Source of the DNA: Patescibacteria group bacterium | GTDB lineage: Bacteria > Patescibacteriota > Patescibacteriia > Patescibacteriales > UBA12465 | NCBI GenBank assembly: GCA_028687275.1 | Contig: JAQUAK010000001.1 | Coordinates: 292,213-356,212, forward strand | Reading direction: 5' to 3' | DNA length: 64,000 bases | Part shown: in pieces, positions 1 through 10,893 of the stretch | How positions within the stretch are numbered: the first letter of the stretch is position 1 | Layout of the letters: every line of letters starts with the position of its first letter | Notes under the pieces: model-generated | The model's database searches: none | What the model was told of the DNA's origin: nothing | What the model saw: only the letters and a program-made list of their open reading frames with translations | Position numbers and translations under genes: made by a program

Positions 1-1
1 A

Positions 2-622
2 GCCTGTAAGTGGGGCTCAAAATTAGCTGCTCATTTGGAGCCAATCAGTATTAGTAAGATTTTAGTGATAAAAGGGAAGGGCTTTGACTACGTGGGATCA
101 GCTTTAATTACCGAAGCTTTTATTAATATTAAACAGGATTTAAATAAATTATATTTTGTGGGGCAGGCTCTATCGTTCTTCAATCGTTTAGTTAAAGTGG
201 GGGAGGCGGACAGGGAGTTATATGAATGGCTGGAGACCTGGTTGTATAATATGGATAATGCCGAGGCTGGTGAATTATTTAATAAAGAGGATGGCCGTTT
301 TCGCTTGTCGGTCTTTACCTGGCATTTGCTTTCTTTATTAGGTTATGGTGTGCAGTTACAAACTTGTGTGGTGTGCGACCAGAGCTTAGAAGCTGGAAAA
401 AATAATTTTGACTTGAGCCGTGGCGGACTAATTTGTTCTGGTTGCCAAGCAAAGCTGGAATATTCATTGACAGATAATCCGCTTTTACCTTTATCTGATA
501 ATTGTATTAAATTATTGCGCTTGGTTGATGGCGGTGAAGTTATAAACATTAAATTTTCACCTAAACTCTTAAAGGAATGGGAAAATTTAAATTTACAAAG
601 ACAGCGCTGGCTAGCACTTTAA
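2..622 (+). CDS. recO: DNA repair protein RecO, N-terminus cut by the window edge
   Basis: Frame is open from base 2; the track start at 35 is an internal TTG. C-terminal Cys4 motif CVVCDQ...CSGCQ is typical of RecO. Confidence 0.7.
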   Translation, partial: ACKWGSKLAAHLEPISISKILVIKGKGFDYVGSALITEAFINIKQDLNKLYFVGQALSFFNRLVKVGEADRELYEWLETWLYNMDNAEAGELFNKEDGRFRLSVFTWHLLSLLGYGVQLQTCVVCDQSLEAGKNNFDLSRGGLICSGCQAKLEYSLTDNPLLPLSDNCIKLLRLVDGGEVINIKFSPKLLKEWENLNLQRQRWLAL

Positions 623-763
623 ATGTTTCTTTAAAGTCTTTTTTCTAAAAAAATAGCTGATTTAGGAGTTATTTACAACTTGCTAAATGGCCTGAAATGA
701 GTTAAGATTAAAAGGTGAAAAAGCCTTAAATATTAAGGATTTTTATAATTAAATACATAAAAT

Positions 764-2071
764 ATGTCAAGAATATCGATTGCTGCTGCCAAGGCTCAGG
801 GCAGTGGTAAGGTAGAAATAACTGGCTTTGTGCAAAATATCCGTCTCATGAAAGGTTTGGCTTTTCTTGATTTACGCGATTTAGGCGGCAATATGCAGTT
901 AGTGATTGAAGAGTCTTCTGATGCTGATATTTATGCTCGTACTCAGACTATTAATTTAGAAAGTATTATTAGTGTTAGCGGGGAATTAAAGGAAAAGCCA
1001 GCCAAGAAGAATGACCCTAATCCAGTTAAAGACTACGAAATGCTTGTCAGTGAATTAAATATTTTAAGTTTGGCGGAGGCTAATTTACCAATTCCAGTTT
1101 TAACTAAAATTGATAATGAGGCTAATTTAGAGAATCGTTTGGATTGGCGTTGGCTAGATTTACGTCGATCAGAACATCGCCAAATTTTTCAAGTTTGGAC
1201 TAAATTAGAAGAAGGTTTTCGTGCACAGTTGTTAGCTGAAGATTTTATGCAGATATATACGCCGTGTCTTATGAGCACGGCTAGTGAGACTGGTGCTGAA
1301 GTTTTTACGGTAAAATATTTCGATACTAAAGCTTATCTTTCACAGTCGCCACAATTTTACAAACAAATGGCTATTGCTTCTGGTTTTGAAAAGGTTTTTA
1401 TGACTGGACCAGTTTTTCGAGCAGAAGCCTCTTTTACCAGCCGCCACGTGACTGAGTTTACCGGTTGGGATTTTGAATTCGCTTATATTAATTCTCACAC
1501 CGATATCATGGATTTAGAGGAGCGTGTACTTATTAACGCTTTTAAGAAGGTGAAGGAATTAAATATCGAAGTAGAAATTCCGGTCTCTCCTTTTCCACGC
1601 TTAAGCTTAGCTGAGGTTAAGGCTAAGTTAAAAGCTATTGGGATTATTAGCGAAAAAGATCATGATTTGTCGCCGGAGGAAGAAAGGGAAATTTGCCGTT
1701 TAATTAAAGAGGAACAGGGCCATGACTTTATTTTTGTAACTGATTATCCAATTGCCGCGCGTCCTTTTTATCACATGCGTCATGAGGGTGATCAGAATTT
1801 AACGAAGAGTTTTGATTTGCTCTATCGTGGTATTGAAATTACTACTGGCGCTCAACGTGAACATCGTTTAGATGTTTTAAAGAAGCAGGCCTTGGATAAA
1901 GGGATGAATTTAGAAGAATTAGAGGATTATTTGAATTTCTTCCGTTATGCTTGTCCTCCTCATGGTGGCGTTGGTATTGGTCCGGCTCGCATTATTATGA
2001 AAATACTTAATATTGATAATATCAAAGAAGTTTGTTTCTTGCCTCGAGATGTTAAGCGCCTAAGACCTTAA
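764..2071 (+). CDS. aspS: Aspartyl-tRNA synthetase, short archaeal/type-2 form
   Basis: 435 aa. Class II motifs FRAEASFTSRHVTEF and GGVGIGPARIIMKIL. N-terminal OB-fold region. Confidence 0.88.
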   Translation: MSRISIAAAKAQGSGKVEITGFVQNIRLMKGLAFLDLRDLGGNMQLVIEESSDADIYARTQTINLESIISVSGELKEKPAKKNDPNPVKDYEMLVSELNILSLAEANLPIPVLTKIDNEANLENRLDWRWLDLRRSEHRQIFQVWTKLEEGFRAQLLAEDFMQIYTPCLMSTASETGAEVFTVKYFDTKAYLSQSPQFYKQMAIASGFEKVFMTGPVFRAEASFTSRHVTEFTGWDFEFAYINSHTDIMDLEERVLINAFKKVKELNIEVEIPVSPFPRLSLAEVKAKLKAIGIISEKDHDLSPEEEREICRLIKEEQGHDFIFVTDYPIAARPFYHMRHEGDQNLTKSFDLLYRGIEITTGAQREHRLDVLKKQALDKGMNLEELEDYLNFFRYACPPHGGVGIGPARIIMKILNIDNIKEVCFLPRDVKRLRP

Positions 2072-2099
2072 GTTAAAATAATTATCAGCCTTAAATTAT

Positions 2100-3491
2100 A
2101 TGTCTAAAGTTTCTATTAAACACATTTATCGACACAGTGAAGACTACTTAAAGCAAGAAGTAAATATTTCTGGTTGGGTGCGCACGGTGCGATCTTCGGG
2201 GGAAGTGGCTTTCATTGAAGTTAATGACGGCAGCTTTTTTAAAGGTTTACAGGTGGTTATTAATAATACTTTGAAAAATTTTGAAGCTTTGGAGAAATTA
2301 AATATTGGCTCTTCATTAGAGGTTAAAGGACAATTAATTCCTTCGCCAGCTGAAGGCCAGCCGTTTGAATTATCAGCTCAAGTGGTTAATGTTATTAATG
2401 AGGCCCGTGAAGATTATCCTTTGCAGAAGAAGCGCCATAGTTTTGAATTCTTACGTGAGATTGCTCATTTGCGTCCACGTAGTAATACTTTTTCTGCAGT
2501 TTTTCGCTTACGTTCAGCACTTAGCTTTGCTATTCATAAGTTTTTTCAGGAAGAAGATTTTTCCTATGTTCATACTCCTATTATTTCTGCTAGTGATTGT
2601 GAGGGCGCTGGAGAAATGTTTCAGGTTTCAACTTTAAATTTAAAAAAAATCCCTTTAACCAAAGAGGCCGAAGTTGACTTTTCTAAAGACTTCTTTGGAC
2701 AGAAGGCCGGACTGACAGTTAGTGGTCAATTAAACGCGGAAGCTTTGATTATGGGACTTGATAAAGTATATACTTTTGGTCCGACCTTTAGGGCGGAAAA
2801 TTCAAATACTAGTCGTCATGCTTCTGAGTTTTGGATGGTTGAGCCAGAGATTGCTTTTGCTGACTTAAAGACAGACATGGATTTAGCTGAGCGCATGTTG
2901 AAATATTTAATTAACTATATCTTAAAGGAATTGCCAGAGGAGATGGCCTTCTTTAATGAATTTATTGACAAGGGCTTAATTGAGCGTTTGCAAGCAGTAG
3001 CGGCGGCTGACTTTGGTCGTATCACCTATACTGAAGCGATTGAATTATTATTAAAGAGTGATGAAAAATTTACTTATCCTGTGTCTTGGGGCATTGATTT
3101 ACAAACTGAACATGAGCGTTATTTAGCAGAAAAAGTTTTCAATAAGCCAATGTTTTTAACTGACTATCCTAAAGAGATTAAAGCTTTCTATATGCGTCAG
3201 AATGACGATGGCAAGACGGTGGCGGCCATGGACTTATTAGTGCCGGGTATTGGTGAAATCATTGGTGGTAGTCAGAGAGAAGATCGTTATGAAGTTTTAG
3301 AAAAGCGTATTGCTGAATTAGGAATGAATCCGGAGGATTATCGTTGGTATCTTGATTTACGCCAGTATGGTTCTGTTCCTCACGCTGGTTTTGGGCTTGG
3401 TTTCGAAAGGGCGATTATGTATCTATCGGGGATGGCTAATATTCGTGATGTTATTCCATTTCCACGTACACCAAAAAATGCAAAATTTTAA
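2100..3491 (+). CDS. asnS: Asparaginyl-tRNA synthetase
   Basis: 463 aa. [21 protein letters not shown] and [27 protein letters not shown] are AsnRS signature strings. Confidence 0.9.
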   Translation: MSKVSIKHIYRHSEDYLKQEVNISGWVRTVRSSGEVAFIEVNDGSFFKGLQVVINNTLKNFEALEKLNIGSSLEVKGQLIPSPAEGQPFELSAQVVNVINEAREDYPLQKKRHSFEFLREIAHLRPRSNTFSAVFRLRSALSFAIHKFFQEEDFSYVHTPIISASDCEGAGEMFQVSTLNLKKIPLTKEAEVDFSKDFFGQKAGLTVSGQLNAEALIMGLDKVYTFGPTFRAENSNTSRHASEFWMVEPEIAFADLKTDMDLAERMLKYLINYILKELPEEMAFFNEFIDKGLIERLQAVAAADFGRITYTEAIELLLKSDEKFTYPVSWGIDLQTEHERYLAEKVFNKPMFLTDYPKEIKAFYMRQNDDGKTVAAMDLLVPGIGEIIGGSQREDRYEVLEKRIAELGMNPEDYRWYLDLRQYGSVPHAGFGLGFERAIMYLSGMANIRDVIPFPRTPKNAKF

Positions 3492-3544
3492 TTTTACTCG
3501 CTTTTTAGAAATTATATTTGTAAAGACGAGCAAAGTATAACTAT

Positions 3545-4474
3545 ATGAATAGTCACAATGCTAAGTTTGCTTTCTATTATCTCTTATCACTTGCTGCTTT
3601 AATCTTTGTCGCCTTATCAGTCGGCATGATTATTTTTGGTATTATTGATAGCACTATTATCGATGCTTTAACTTATAACAGCTATAATAGCGTTGACGGT
3701 CAACTCAAGTTTGCGATTTCTGCACTTTTGATTGCTGCTCCTATTTATTATTTTCTGTCTCACTTAATCAATCGCGGTTTAAGAAAAAAAGAATTAGAAA
3801 TTGACTCGCCTTTACGTCGCTGGCTAACTTATTTTATTATTTTAGTGGCCTCTGTTACTATTCTTGGTGTGTTTATCAGCGTGATTAATAATTTTCTTTC
3901 TGGCGAACTGACTGGACGCTTTATTTTAAAGGCGGCCACCATGTTGCTAATTGCGGCGGCTGTTTTTTCTTTCTATTTCTACGACATTAAAAGGTTAGTA
4001 ATAAAAAAGAAAGATCTAGTTTTGATTTTATTTGCTTCTATTTCTGGATTTTTAGTCTTGGCAACTTTTGTGGCAGCTTGGTTTTTTGTGGAGTCACCAC
4101 AAATTGCTCGGGCTAAACGTCTAGATCAAATTGTTAGCAATAATATTTATCAACTGGAAGATGCGGTTAATAATTATTATGCAGAGTATAAAGTTTTGCC
4201 AAGTAATCTTGATGAATTAAAGAATGCAAAAAATGTTTATTATGATCCTAAGACTTTAGTTGATCCGGAAACGAAACAACCGATAGAATATCGGGTTGAT
4301 GGGGAGAAAGAGTTTTCTTTTTGTGCTACCTATCGCGCCGCTAGCGGTGATGAGGCTCAATTAAATACGTACTATGGTGTTGGTAAACGTGAGCATGTTG
4401 CTGGTTACGATTGCGTTTCTGGACAACTTTGGATTGATGAATCTGTAAACACAGCCGTGCCCGTCAAAAGATAA
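3545..4474 (+). CDS. Multi-pass membrane protein, DUF5671-like N-terminus with extracytoplasmic C-terminal domain
   Basis: 309 aa ORF with 5-6 hydrophobic helices. Function assigned only from recalled family resemblance. Confidence 0.5.
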   Translation: MNSHNAKFAFYYLLSLAALIFVALSVGMIIFGIIDSTIIDALTYNSYNSVDGQLKFAISALLIAAPIYYFLSHLINRGLRKKELEIDSPLRRWLTYFIILVASVTILGVFISVINNFLSGELTGRFILKAATMLLIAAAVFSFYFYDIKRLVIKKKDLVLILFASISGFLVLATFVAAWFFVESPQIARAKRLDQIVSNNIYQLEDAVNNYYAEYKVLPSNLDELKNAKNVYYDPKTLVDPETKQPIEYRVDGEKEFSFCATYRAASGDEAQLNTYYGVGKREHVAGYDCVSGQLWIDESVNTAVPVKR

Positions 4475-4480
4475 TTATTT

Positions 4481-5197
4481 ATGATTGATTTTAGTACTGA
4501 AAAATTTCAAGGTCCGCTCGCTCTCCTTCTACAGATGATTGAGAAAGAAGAGATGGATATTACGGAAATTGCTTTGGCTTCCATTGCCGACCAATACGTA
4601 GCCTATGTTGAGCAAGCTGAAAACATTGATTTAGATGAAATTGCTGATTTTTTAGTGGTAGCTGCCCGTTTATTATATATTAAATCAAAAGCCTTATTAC
4701 CTTATTTAAGTAATGATGAGGATGAGGCTGAGATTGATGATTTAGAAAGACAGTTGCGGATGTATAAGGAGTTTGTGGATGCTAGTTTACAGATTTCCGC
4801 CTTGATTAATCGTGACCGTTTAATGTTTACTCCGGTTTTTAATAAGGATGGCCGTCAAGAGAAAAAAAGGGAAGTTTCCTTTGCCCCTCCCTTGAAACTA
4901 AAGATAGCTGATTTAGCAGAAAGCTGGCTCTTAATTTTGGCTCGTTTGAAGAAAAGAGAAGAGAAGTTGCCAGAGAGGAGATTAGAACCAAAGGTTAGTA
5001 TTGATGAGCGCATTGGTCATATCAGAGGTTTGTTAACAGAGCAATTGTCCTTAAGTTTTCAAAATTTTTTGAAAACTGCTACTTCCAGAGTGGAAGTTAT
5101 CGTTAATATTTTAGCCGTCTTGGAGTTAGCTAAACAGAGAGAATTAGTGTTTGAACAAGAAGAACTTTTTAGTGAAATAAAAGTTCTTAAAATATAA
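4481..5197 (+). CDS. scpA: Segregation and condensation protein A
   Basis: N-terminus FQGPLALLLQMIEKEEMDITEIALASIADQY is typical of ScpA. Followed directly by scpB. Confidence 0.85.
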   Translation: MIDFSTEKFQGPLALLLQMIEKEEMDITEIALASIADQYVAYVEQAENIDLDEIADFLVVAARLLYIKSKALLPYLSNDEDEAEIDDLERQLRMYKEFVDASLQISALINRDRLMFTPVFNKDGRQEKKREVSFAPPLKLKIADLAESWLLILARLKKREEKLPERRLEPKVSIDERIGHIRGLLTEQLSLSFQNFLKTATSRVEVIVNILAVLELAKQRELVFEQEELFSEIKVLKI

Positions 5198-5209
5198 TTA
5201 ATTGTTGTT

Positions 5210-5761
5210 ATGTCAAAGTTATCATCACAATTAGAAGCAATTTTACTAGTGGCTAATAAGCCGGTTAGTTTGAAAGAGTTAAGTAAAGCTACTGAAGCTA
5301 AAACAGCTGAGGTAGAGAATGCCTTAAATGATTTAAGTTCAGAATATAATCAAGCTGAACGGGGCTGGCGTTTAATTAGTGCTAATAATAATTATCAATT
5401 AGTCAGCGCCGGTGAACATTCGGCTTTAATTAAAGATTTCTTAAAAAGTGAAGCTAGCGGTGAACTTTCTCAGCCTAGTTTAGAGGCTCTAACCATTATC
5501 GCCTATCGCGGTCCGGTGACTAAAATAGAATTAGAGCGGGTGCGGGGTGTTAATTGTAGTTTGATTGTACGTAATCTTTTACTTCGTGGTTTAATTGAAG
5601 AAATTTTTGATAAGCAAAAGAATGAAAACTATTATCAAGTAACTTTAGATTTTGTTCGTTTCTTAGGTTTAAATAATATCAGTGAATTGCCTGATTATAA
5701 GCGTCTGCATAACCCTGAAACTTTGGATGATTTGTTAGCGGAGGAAGAAAAAGCATGTTAG
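5210..5761 (+). CDS. scpB: Segregation and condensation protein B
   Basis: SQPSLEALTIIAYRGPVTKIELERVRGVNC winged-helix string of ScpB. Confidence 0.85.
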   Translation: MSKLSSQLEAILLVANKPVSLKELSKATEAKTAEVENALNDLSSEYNQAERGWRLISANNNYQLVSAGEHSALIKDFLKSEASGELSQPSLEALTIIAYRGPVTKIELERVRGVNCSLIVRNLLLRGLIEEIFDKQKNENYYQVTLDFVRFLGLNNISELPDYKRLHNPETLDDLLAEEEKAC

Positions 5762-6666
5762 GTATTACTGCGAACATTTTGGCCTTGGTAATGTCTATTT
5801 TTTTGCCAACCACCCCAGCGGTTTATGCGAGTGGAGATTGGCGAGGTGTAGATGCCTGTGTTAGCGATAGCCATTTACCAGTTAATGATGATAAGCAAAT
5901 ATTAATTGCTGAGGCTCCAGAAGTTGAGGCCAGAAGTGTGGCCGTTTTAACCGATGATGGTAATGTTTGGCTCACCAGCAAAGATGCTGCCCGGACACAG
6001 CCAATTGCTAGTATTACTAAATTGATGACTGCTTTAGTATTTTTAGAGCATAATCCTGGCTGGGATGAAATTTATACAATCGAGAGGGCTGATATTGTAG
6101 CTGGTGGTCGTATTAATTTTTTCTGGGGAGAACAAATGAAAATTCGGGATTTATTTAATGCTAGTTTAATTGGCTCAGATAATGGTGCCACCTTATCGCT
6201 GGCACGTTCTACCGGCTTAAGTGATGAAGAGTTTATTGTCGCTATGAATAAAAAGGCAAAACAGTTAGGTTTAATGCAAACTGAATTTGCTGACGCGGTT
6301 GGTCTAGATAATCGTAATTTATCTAATGCTAAGGATGTGGCCCGTTTAGCTCAAGCTGCTTTAAATCAGGCTGATATTGCCGCCACCACGGGCAAATCTG
6401 CCTACTCATTTGATACCGTACAAGGAAAAAATAAGATGATAGAATCCACCGATTGGCTACTAGATGGTGATTTGCCAGATAGTATTGAGGCAATTGGTGG
6501 CAAGACCGGATATACAGAAGAAGCTGGTTATTGTTTCGTTGGCCGCTTTAAAGATGCTAGTGGTCGCAGTATTATTACCGTAGTTTTAGATAGCGGCGGC
6601 ATAAATGAGCGTTTTCAACAAGCAAGCATTCTCGCCCGTTGGGCATTTACATATTGTCAGTGGTAA
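5755..6666 (+). CDS. Serine-type D-Ala-D-Ala carboxypeptidase (peptidase S11, PBP5-like)
   Basis: SxxK (ASITK), SxN (GSDNG) and KTG (GGKTGYT) motifs in the correct order. N-terminal hydrophobic anchor. Confidence 0.8.
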   Translation: MLGITANILALVMSIFLPTTPAVYASGDWRGVDACVSDSHLPVNDDKQILIAEAPEVEARSVAVLTDDGNVWLTSKDAARTQPIASITKLMTALVFLEHNPGWDEIYTIERADIVAGGRINFFWGEQMKIRDLFNASLIGSDNGATLSLARSTGLSDEEFIVAMNKKAKQLGLMQTEFADAVGLDNRNLSNAKDVARLAQAALNQADIAATTGKSAYSFDTVQGKNKMIESTDWLLDGDLPDSIEAIGGKTGYTEEAGYCFVGRFKDASGRSIITVVLDSGGINERFQQASILARWAFTYCQW

Positions 6667-6670
6667 AATT

Positions 6671-7150
6671 ATGTCATTAATTAATAGTTTATATTTGCGG
6701 TTCGGCCGATTCTTGCAGAACAAACATGCTCGGATATTTAATGTCTGTGAAAAACGTAAATCAGTTGTTAAATTTTTTATCTCCGGCAGCTTGGCATCCG
6801 TGGTCGATTTATTAGCTTTATATCTTTTTCACGGCGTCTTCCGTTGGGAAATAGTTTTATCAACTTCACTGGCTTTCTTGTTTTCTTTTATGGTCAGTTT
6901 CAGTTTGCAAAAGTTTTGGACCTTCCGTGACTATAGTAATAAACGCCTACCCCATCAGTTAGTTTTATACATCGGCGCTGCTTTTATAAGCTTAAATCTT
7001 AATGCTTTAGCAATGCATGTACTAGTTAATAATTGGCAGATTTGGTATTTATTATCACAGATAGTGGTTAATTTGTTTCTGGGCGTTATTAATTTCTTTA
7101 CTTATAAATACATAGTTTTTCCAAAAAAATTAAATGAAGATAAAAATTAA
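6671..7150 (+). CDS. GtrA-family membrane protein
   Basis: Four-helix GtrA-like pattern. ATG at 6671 is preferred over the track start at 6605, which overlaps the upstream gene. Confidence 0.7.
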   Translation: MSLINSLYLRFGRFLQNKHARIFNVCEKRKSVVKFFISGSLASVVDLLALYLFHGVFRWEIVLSTSLAFLFSFMVSFSLQKFWTFRDYSNKRLPHQLVLYIGAAFISLNLNALAMHVLVNNWQIWYLLSQIVVNLFLGVINFFTYKYIVFPKKLNEDKN

Positions 7151-7571
7151 AACTGAACAACTAGGAGGAACTAGTCCGGCTCAGTGGTTACGTAGAGCTG
7201 GCTACGTATATATTGTTGATCGCCAGACTGATCAAGAGAGCTTTGCCCGTCGTTTTAATCGTGATTTTTATCCTCGTTTCCATTTGTATGTTCAGCTTGA
7301 GCCAGACAAAGACTTTCTCTTTTTTAATCTCCATTTAGATCATAAGAAAGCTAGCTATGAGGGGCAGAGTCGCCATAGCGCCGATTACGATGGCGAATTA
7401 GTGGAAGGAGAGGCGGCTCGCTTGCAGGCGTTGCTTAGGCCAATCAATACTAGCACTACTGGTAGCACTTCAGTTGATAATCATGATGTCTTAAATCGTC
7501 TACAAGCACCTGATATTAGTCAAAGAAGAGAAATACTTAAAAAACAATCTTGGTGGCAAAAAATATTTTAA
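7134..7571 (+). CDS. Hypothetical protein
   Basis: 145 aa ORF in an operon-like position. No motif recognised. Confidence 0.5.
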   Translation: MKIKIKTEQLGGTSPAQWLRRAGYVYIVDRQTDQESFARRFNRDFYPRFHLYVQLEPDKDFLFFNLHLDHKKASYEGQSRHSADYDGELVEGEAARLQALLRPINTSTTGSTSVDNHDVLNRLQAPDISQRREILKKQSWWQKIF

Positions 7572-7577
7572 TAAATT

Positions 7578-9380
7578 ATGTCTTCAGCGGAAGAAATTAA
7601 AACCAAATTGGATATTGTAGATGTAATTAGGGAATATATCCAAGTGAAGGCGGTGGGCGCTAATTTTCAAGCCCTCTGTCCTTTTCATCATGAAAAATCT
7701 CCTTCTTTTGTAATTTCTCCAGATAAACAGATTTGGCATTGTTTTGGCTGTGGCAAGGGTGGCGATGTTCTGTCTTTTGTGCAAGAAATGGAAGGCCTTA
7801 GTTTCCCGGACACCCTACGACTGTTAGCTCCAAAGGCCGGTGTGACTTTAAAATATGAATCAACTCAGGAATATTCTAAACGGGGAAGACTCTTGGATTG
7901 TCTATTAGCAGCGTCTGAGCAAGGACAGTATTGGTTGGAGCATGATGCCATGGGCAAGAAGATGAAAGCCTATTTGTTAAAACGTGGTTTAAGTGAGAAG
8001 ACTTTAAAAGATTGGCAAGTCGGTTATGTGCCCGATGCCTGGACACCAATGCTTGATTATTTGCGTTCTAAAAAATTTAAAGATGAAGAAATATTTGCCG
8101 CCGGTTTAGCTGGACGCAGTGAGCGTGGGAGTGCCTATGATCGTTTTCGAGATCGTATTATTTTTCCGATTAAAGATGTGAGCGGCCATGTTATTGCTTT
8201 TACCGCCCGCGTTAATCCCGAAAAGGAACAAACTATTCCGGGCGGGAAATATATTAATAGTCCCCAAACAGAGGTGTATGACAAAAGTCGAGTTCTATTT
8301 GCGCTCGATAAGGCAAAGCGTAACATTAAAGACCGTGGCTTTGCGATTGTAGTGGAGGGTCAAATGGACGCTATTGCTTGCCATCAACATGGCTTTACCA
8401 ATACAGTTGCTTCTTCGGGAACCGCCCTAACGGCTGAGCAGTTAAATCTATTAAAACGTTTTAGTAATAACATCGCCCTATCATTTGATATGGATACGGC
8501 TGGCCAGTTAGCGGCTGATCGGGGTATTCGCGAAGCCATGGCTTTAGATATTAATTTAAAGATTATTACCTTATCGGCAGAATATAAAGATCCAGATCAA
8601 TGCCTGCAGACTAATCCTGATGATTTTAAGCAGGCCGTTATTAATTCCCGACCAGTGATGGAATATTATTTTGATAAGATTAGTGCGGGAAAAGATTTGA
8701 GTAAGTTAGCTGATAAGAAGGAGGTAGTTAGATTAATGTTGAATATGATTGTCAAGTTGGCTAATAAGATTGACCAAGAATTCTGGTTTAAGCGTTTAGC
8801 TGAGAGTACTGGCGTATCCGAACAAATTTTGCGTGAAAGCGTAGTAGATAAGCCTTTAAAAGGCAAGACACCTCTAAAAACAGTGGTTAAGCCAGCTGTA
8901 GCTGAACTTGAACCAGTCAATCGGGATGAGCGTTTAGCTGATATTCTACTAGCTCTGCTTTTGAAGGCTCCAGAATACATTCCTTATGCTGCATCTCATT
9001 TAGAACCAGAAGATTTGTTGTCGGATAATTTGCGCCAATTTTACAAGAACTTAATAATCTATTATAATAAGTTTGCCCTGCTTGAGTATGATGCTTTTCG
9101 CTTATATTTGCAGGAACAGGCTGATAAAGGGGTGGAGATTATTGATCGCCTCGCTCTTTTGGCAGAAAGAGACTATTATGACTACGATTTAAATCAGCTT
9201 AAGTCAGAATTAAGTAAGATTTTATTAGAATTAAAAAAATTCAGTTTGAAGAGGAAAATTAAGCAATTAGAAGGTCAGATTGGAGTTGCTGAAGCTAGCT
9301 CAGGTCAGGCAGATCTGAACAATTTAATGACAGAGATAAAAAATTTGACTGAGCAGCTCAATTCGCTGCATAGTTTTTAA
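7578..9380 (+). CDS. dnaG: DNA primase
   Basis: Zinc ribbon [11 protein letters not shown]...CFGCGKGGD, and a Toprim region with EGQMD and DMDTAG. Confidence 0.92.
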   Translation: MSSAEEIKTKLDIVDVIREYIQVKAVGANFQALCPFHHEKSPSFVISPDKQIWHCFGCGKGGDVLSFVQEMEGLSFPDTLRLLAPKAGVTLKYESTQEYSKRGRLLDCLLAASEQGQYWLEHDAMGKKMKAYLLKRGLSEKTLKDWQVGYVPDAWTPMLDYLRSKKFKDEEIFAAGLAGRSERGSAYDRFRDRIIFPIKDVSGHVIAFTARVNPEKEQTIPGGKYINSPQTEVYDKSRVLFALDKAKRNIKDRGFAIVVEGQMDAIACHQHGFTNTVASSGTALTAEQLNLLKRFSNNIALSFDMDTAGQLAADRGIREAMALDINLKIITLSAEYKDPDQCLQTNPDDFKQAVINSRPVMEYYFDKISAGKDLSKLADKKEVVRLMLNMIVKLANKIDQEFWFKRLAESTGVSEQILRESVVDKPLKGKTPLKTVVKPAVAELEPVNRDERLADILLALLLKAPEYIPYAASHLEPEDLLSDNLRQFYKNLIIYYNKFALLEYDAFRLYLQEQADKGVEIIDRLALLAERDYYDYDLNQLKSELSKILLELKKFSLKRKIKQLEGQIGVAEASSGQADLNNLMTEIKNLTEQLNSLHSF

Positions 9381-9384
9381 AATT

Positions 9385-10758
9385 ATGGCCACATCCAAAA
9401 ATACAAAAAAAACCACTTCTAAAAAAGTGGCAATAAAAAAAACAGTGAGCCCTAAAGCGGCTGTGAAAAAGACAGGCACTAAAGTGTCTAAGAAGGTGGC
9501 GCCCAAAAAGACTGTGGCTAAAAAAGTGGTAGTAAAAAAATCTCCAGTCAAAAAGACTGTGGCTAAGAAAATAAAAGCGAAAAAAGCCTCTGCTAAAAAA
9601 ACTATTAGCAAGAAGATAAATGCTAAGAAGGTGGCTAAGCCTAAGGTGGTTAATAAGGTGCCTCATGTGGTTGTCTTTCCTACCGAAGAGCAGATTAAGA
9701 AGCTTTTAGATAAGGGTCGCTTAAGAGGTTTTTTAACTGAAACTGAACTACTATACTTATTTCCAGAGGTAGAAGAGTATGTTTATGAATTTGATGTTTT
9801 TCTAGGTGATTTACAGAAAAATGGCATTCGTATCGCTGAAGACTCAGGTAGAATTTTAGATACTCATGAAAAGAATCCTAACATCACTTCCGCTAAAGCC
9901 GCTGCTTCTGTTACCTTTGATTTATCCAAATTAAGTGCTGATTCTATTCAGATGTATTTAAAGGAAATTGGCAAAGTGCCACTTTTAACTTCGGCTGAAG
10001 AAGTGGAATTAGCTAAGCGTAAAGAAAAGGGTGATAGAGAGGCAGAAAAGAAGATTATTGAGGCTAATCTACGTTTAGTTGTTTCCATTGCTAAGAAGTT
10101 TGCTGGAGCTAAGGGTTTGAGTTTGCTTGACCTGATTCAGGAGGGCAATATTGGCCTATTTAGAGCCGTAGAGAAGTTTGAATACCGTAAGGGCTATAAG
10201 TTCTCAACTTATGCTACTTGGTGGATTAGACAGGCAATTACGAGGGCTTTAGCTGATCAGAGTCGTACCATTCGTATTCCTGTTCATATGGTGGAAACTA
10301 TTAATAAATTTCAACAAGTTCAGCGTACTTTAATTCAGGAATTAGGACGTGAGCCTTTAGCAGATGAGATTGCTGCTGAGATGGGTGAAGATATTGTTAA
10401 GGTGAGATATATTATTAAGATTTCTCAGGATACTATTTCTTTAGAAACAAGTATTGGTGATGATGAAGAAGATTCAACTCTGGAAGATTTTATTGAGGAT
10501 GTAAAGAATGTTACTCCAGATAGGGCGGCTGCTTTGCAGTTGTTGCGTGATTATGTGCGTGATATTGTGGCGCAGTTATCACCACGTGAACAGAAGATTT
10601 TAGAAATGCGTTTTGGTTTAGTTGACGGCGTTGCTCATACCTTAGAAGAGGTAGGGCAAGAGTTTGAAGTTACTCGTGAACGTATTCGTCAAATCGAGTC
10701 TAAGGCTTTAGAGAAAATCAGACGCTTTAAGGGCCTAGAGAAGTTGAGAGATTACTAA
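9385..10758 (+). CDS. rpoD: Primary RNA polymerase sigma factor with a Lys/Ala/Val-rich N-terminal extension
   Basis: Region 2 ([13 protein letters not shown]) and region 4 ([22 protein letters not shown]). The first ~90 aa are KKxVAKK-type repeats. Confidence 0.92.
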   Translation: MATSKNTKKTTSKKVAIKKTVSPKAAVKKTGTKVSKKVAPKKTVAKKVVVKKSPVKKTVAKKIKAKKASAKKTISKKINAKKVAKPKVVNKVPHVVVFPTEEQIKKLLDKGRLRGFLTETELLYLFPEVEEYVYEFDVFLGDLQKNGIRIAEDSGRILDTHEKNPNITSAKAAASVTFDLSKLSADSIQMYLKEIGKVPLLTSAEEVELAKRKEKGDREAEKKIIEANLRLVVSIAKKFAGAKGLSLLDLIQEGNIGLFRAVEKFEYRKGYKFSTYATWWIRQAITRALADQSRTIRIPVHMVETINKFQQVQRTLIQELGREPLADEIAAEMGEDIVKVRYIIKISQDTISLETSIGDDEEDSTLEDFIEDVKNVTPDRAAALQLLRDYVRDIVAQLSPREQKILEMRFGLVDGVAHTLEEVGQEFEVTRERIRQIESKALEKIRRFKGLEKLRDY

Positions 10759-10775
10759 GCTATTTTTATAGAAAA

Positions 10776-10812
10776 GAGGGATTAGATTGGTAAAAATATG
10801 ATCTAATCTCTC
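10776..10812 (+). terminator. Strong hairpin after rpoD, ~12 bp stem, no clear U tract
   Basis: GAGGGATTAGAT (10776-10787) pairs with ATCTAATCTCTC (10801-10812). Confidence 0.4.
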
Positions 10813-10814
10813 CC

Positions 10815-10843
10815 TTGACTTGCAGTGGCATTTATTCTAGAAT
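10815..10843 (+). promoter_or_regulatory. Sigma-70-type promoter for the tRNA gene
   Basis: TTGACT (10815-10820), 17-nt spacer, TAGAAT (10838-10843). Lies ~50 nt upstream of the tRNA 5' end. Confidence 0.6.
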
Positions 10844-10893
10844 GTAGAAGAAATGTTGAGCAAAAACATTTTTTGTTTTAACAATCAAATAAT

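Noticed and set aside
2365-3540. Internal out-of-frame ORFs within asnS (2365-2637, 3352-3540), and similar short ORFs inside dnaG, glgP, the histidine kinase gene and others
   Set aside because: They are nested within or antisense to well-supported genes, and their products are hydrophobic low-complexity.
9324-9666. Two minus-strand ORFs (95 and 102 aa) at the rpoD 5' end
   Set aside because: They are antisense to the AAR-rich lysine repeat of rpoD. The Phe/Leu-rich products are an artefact of the repeat.
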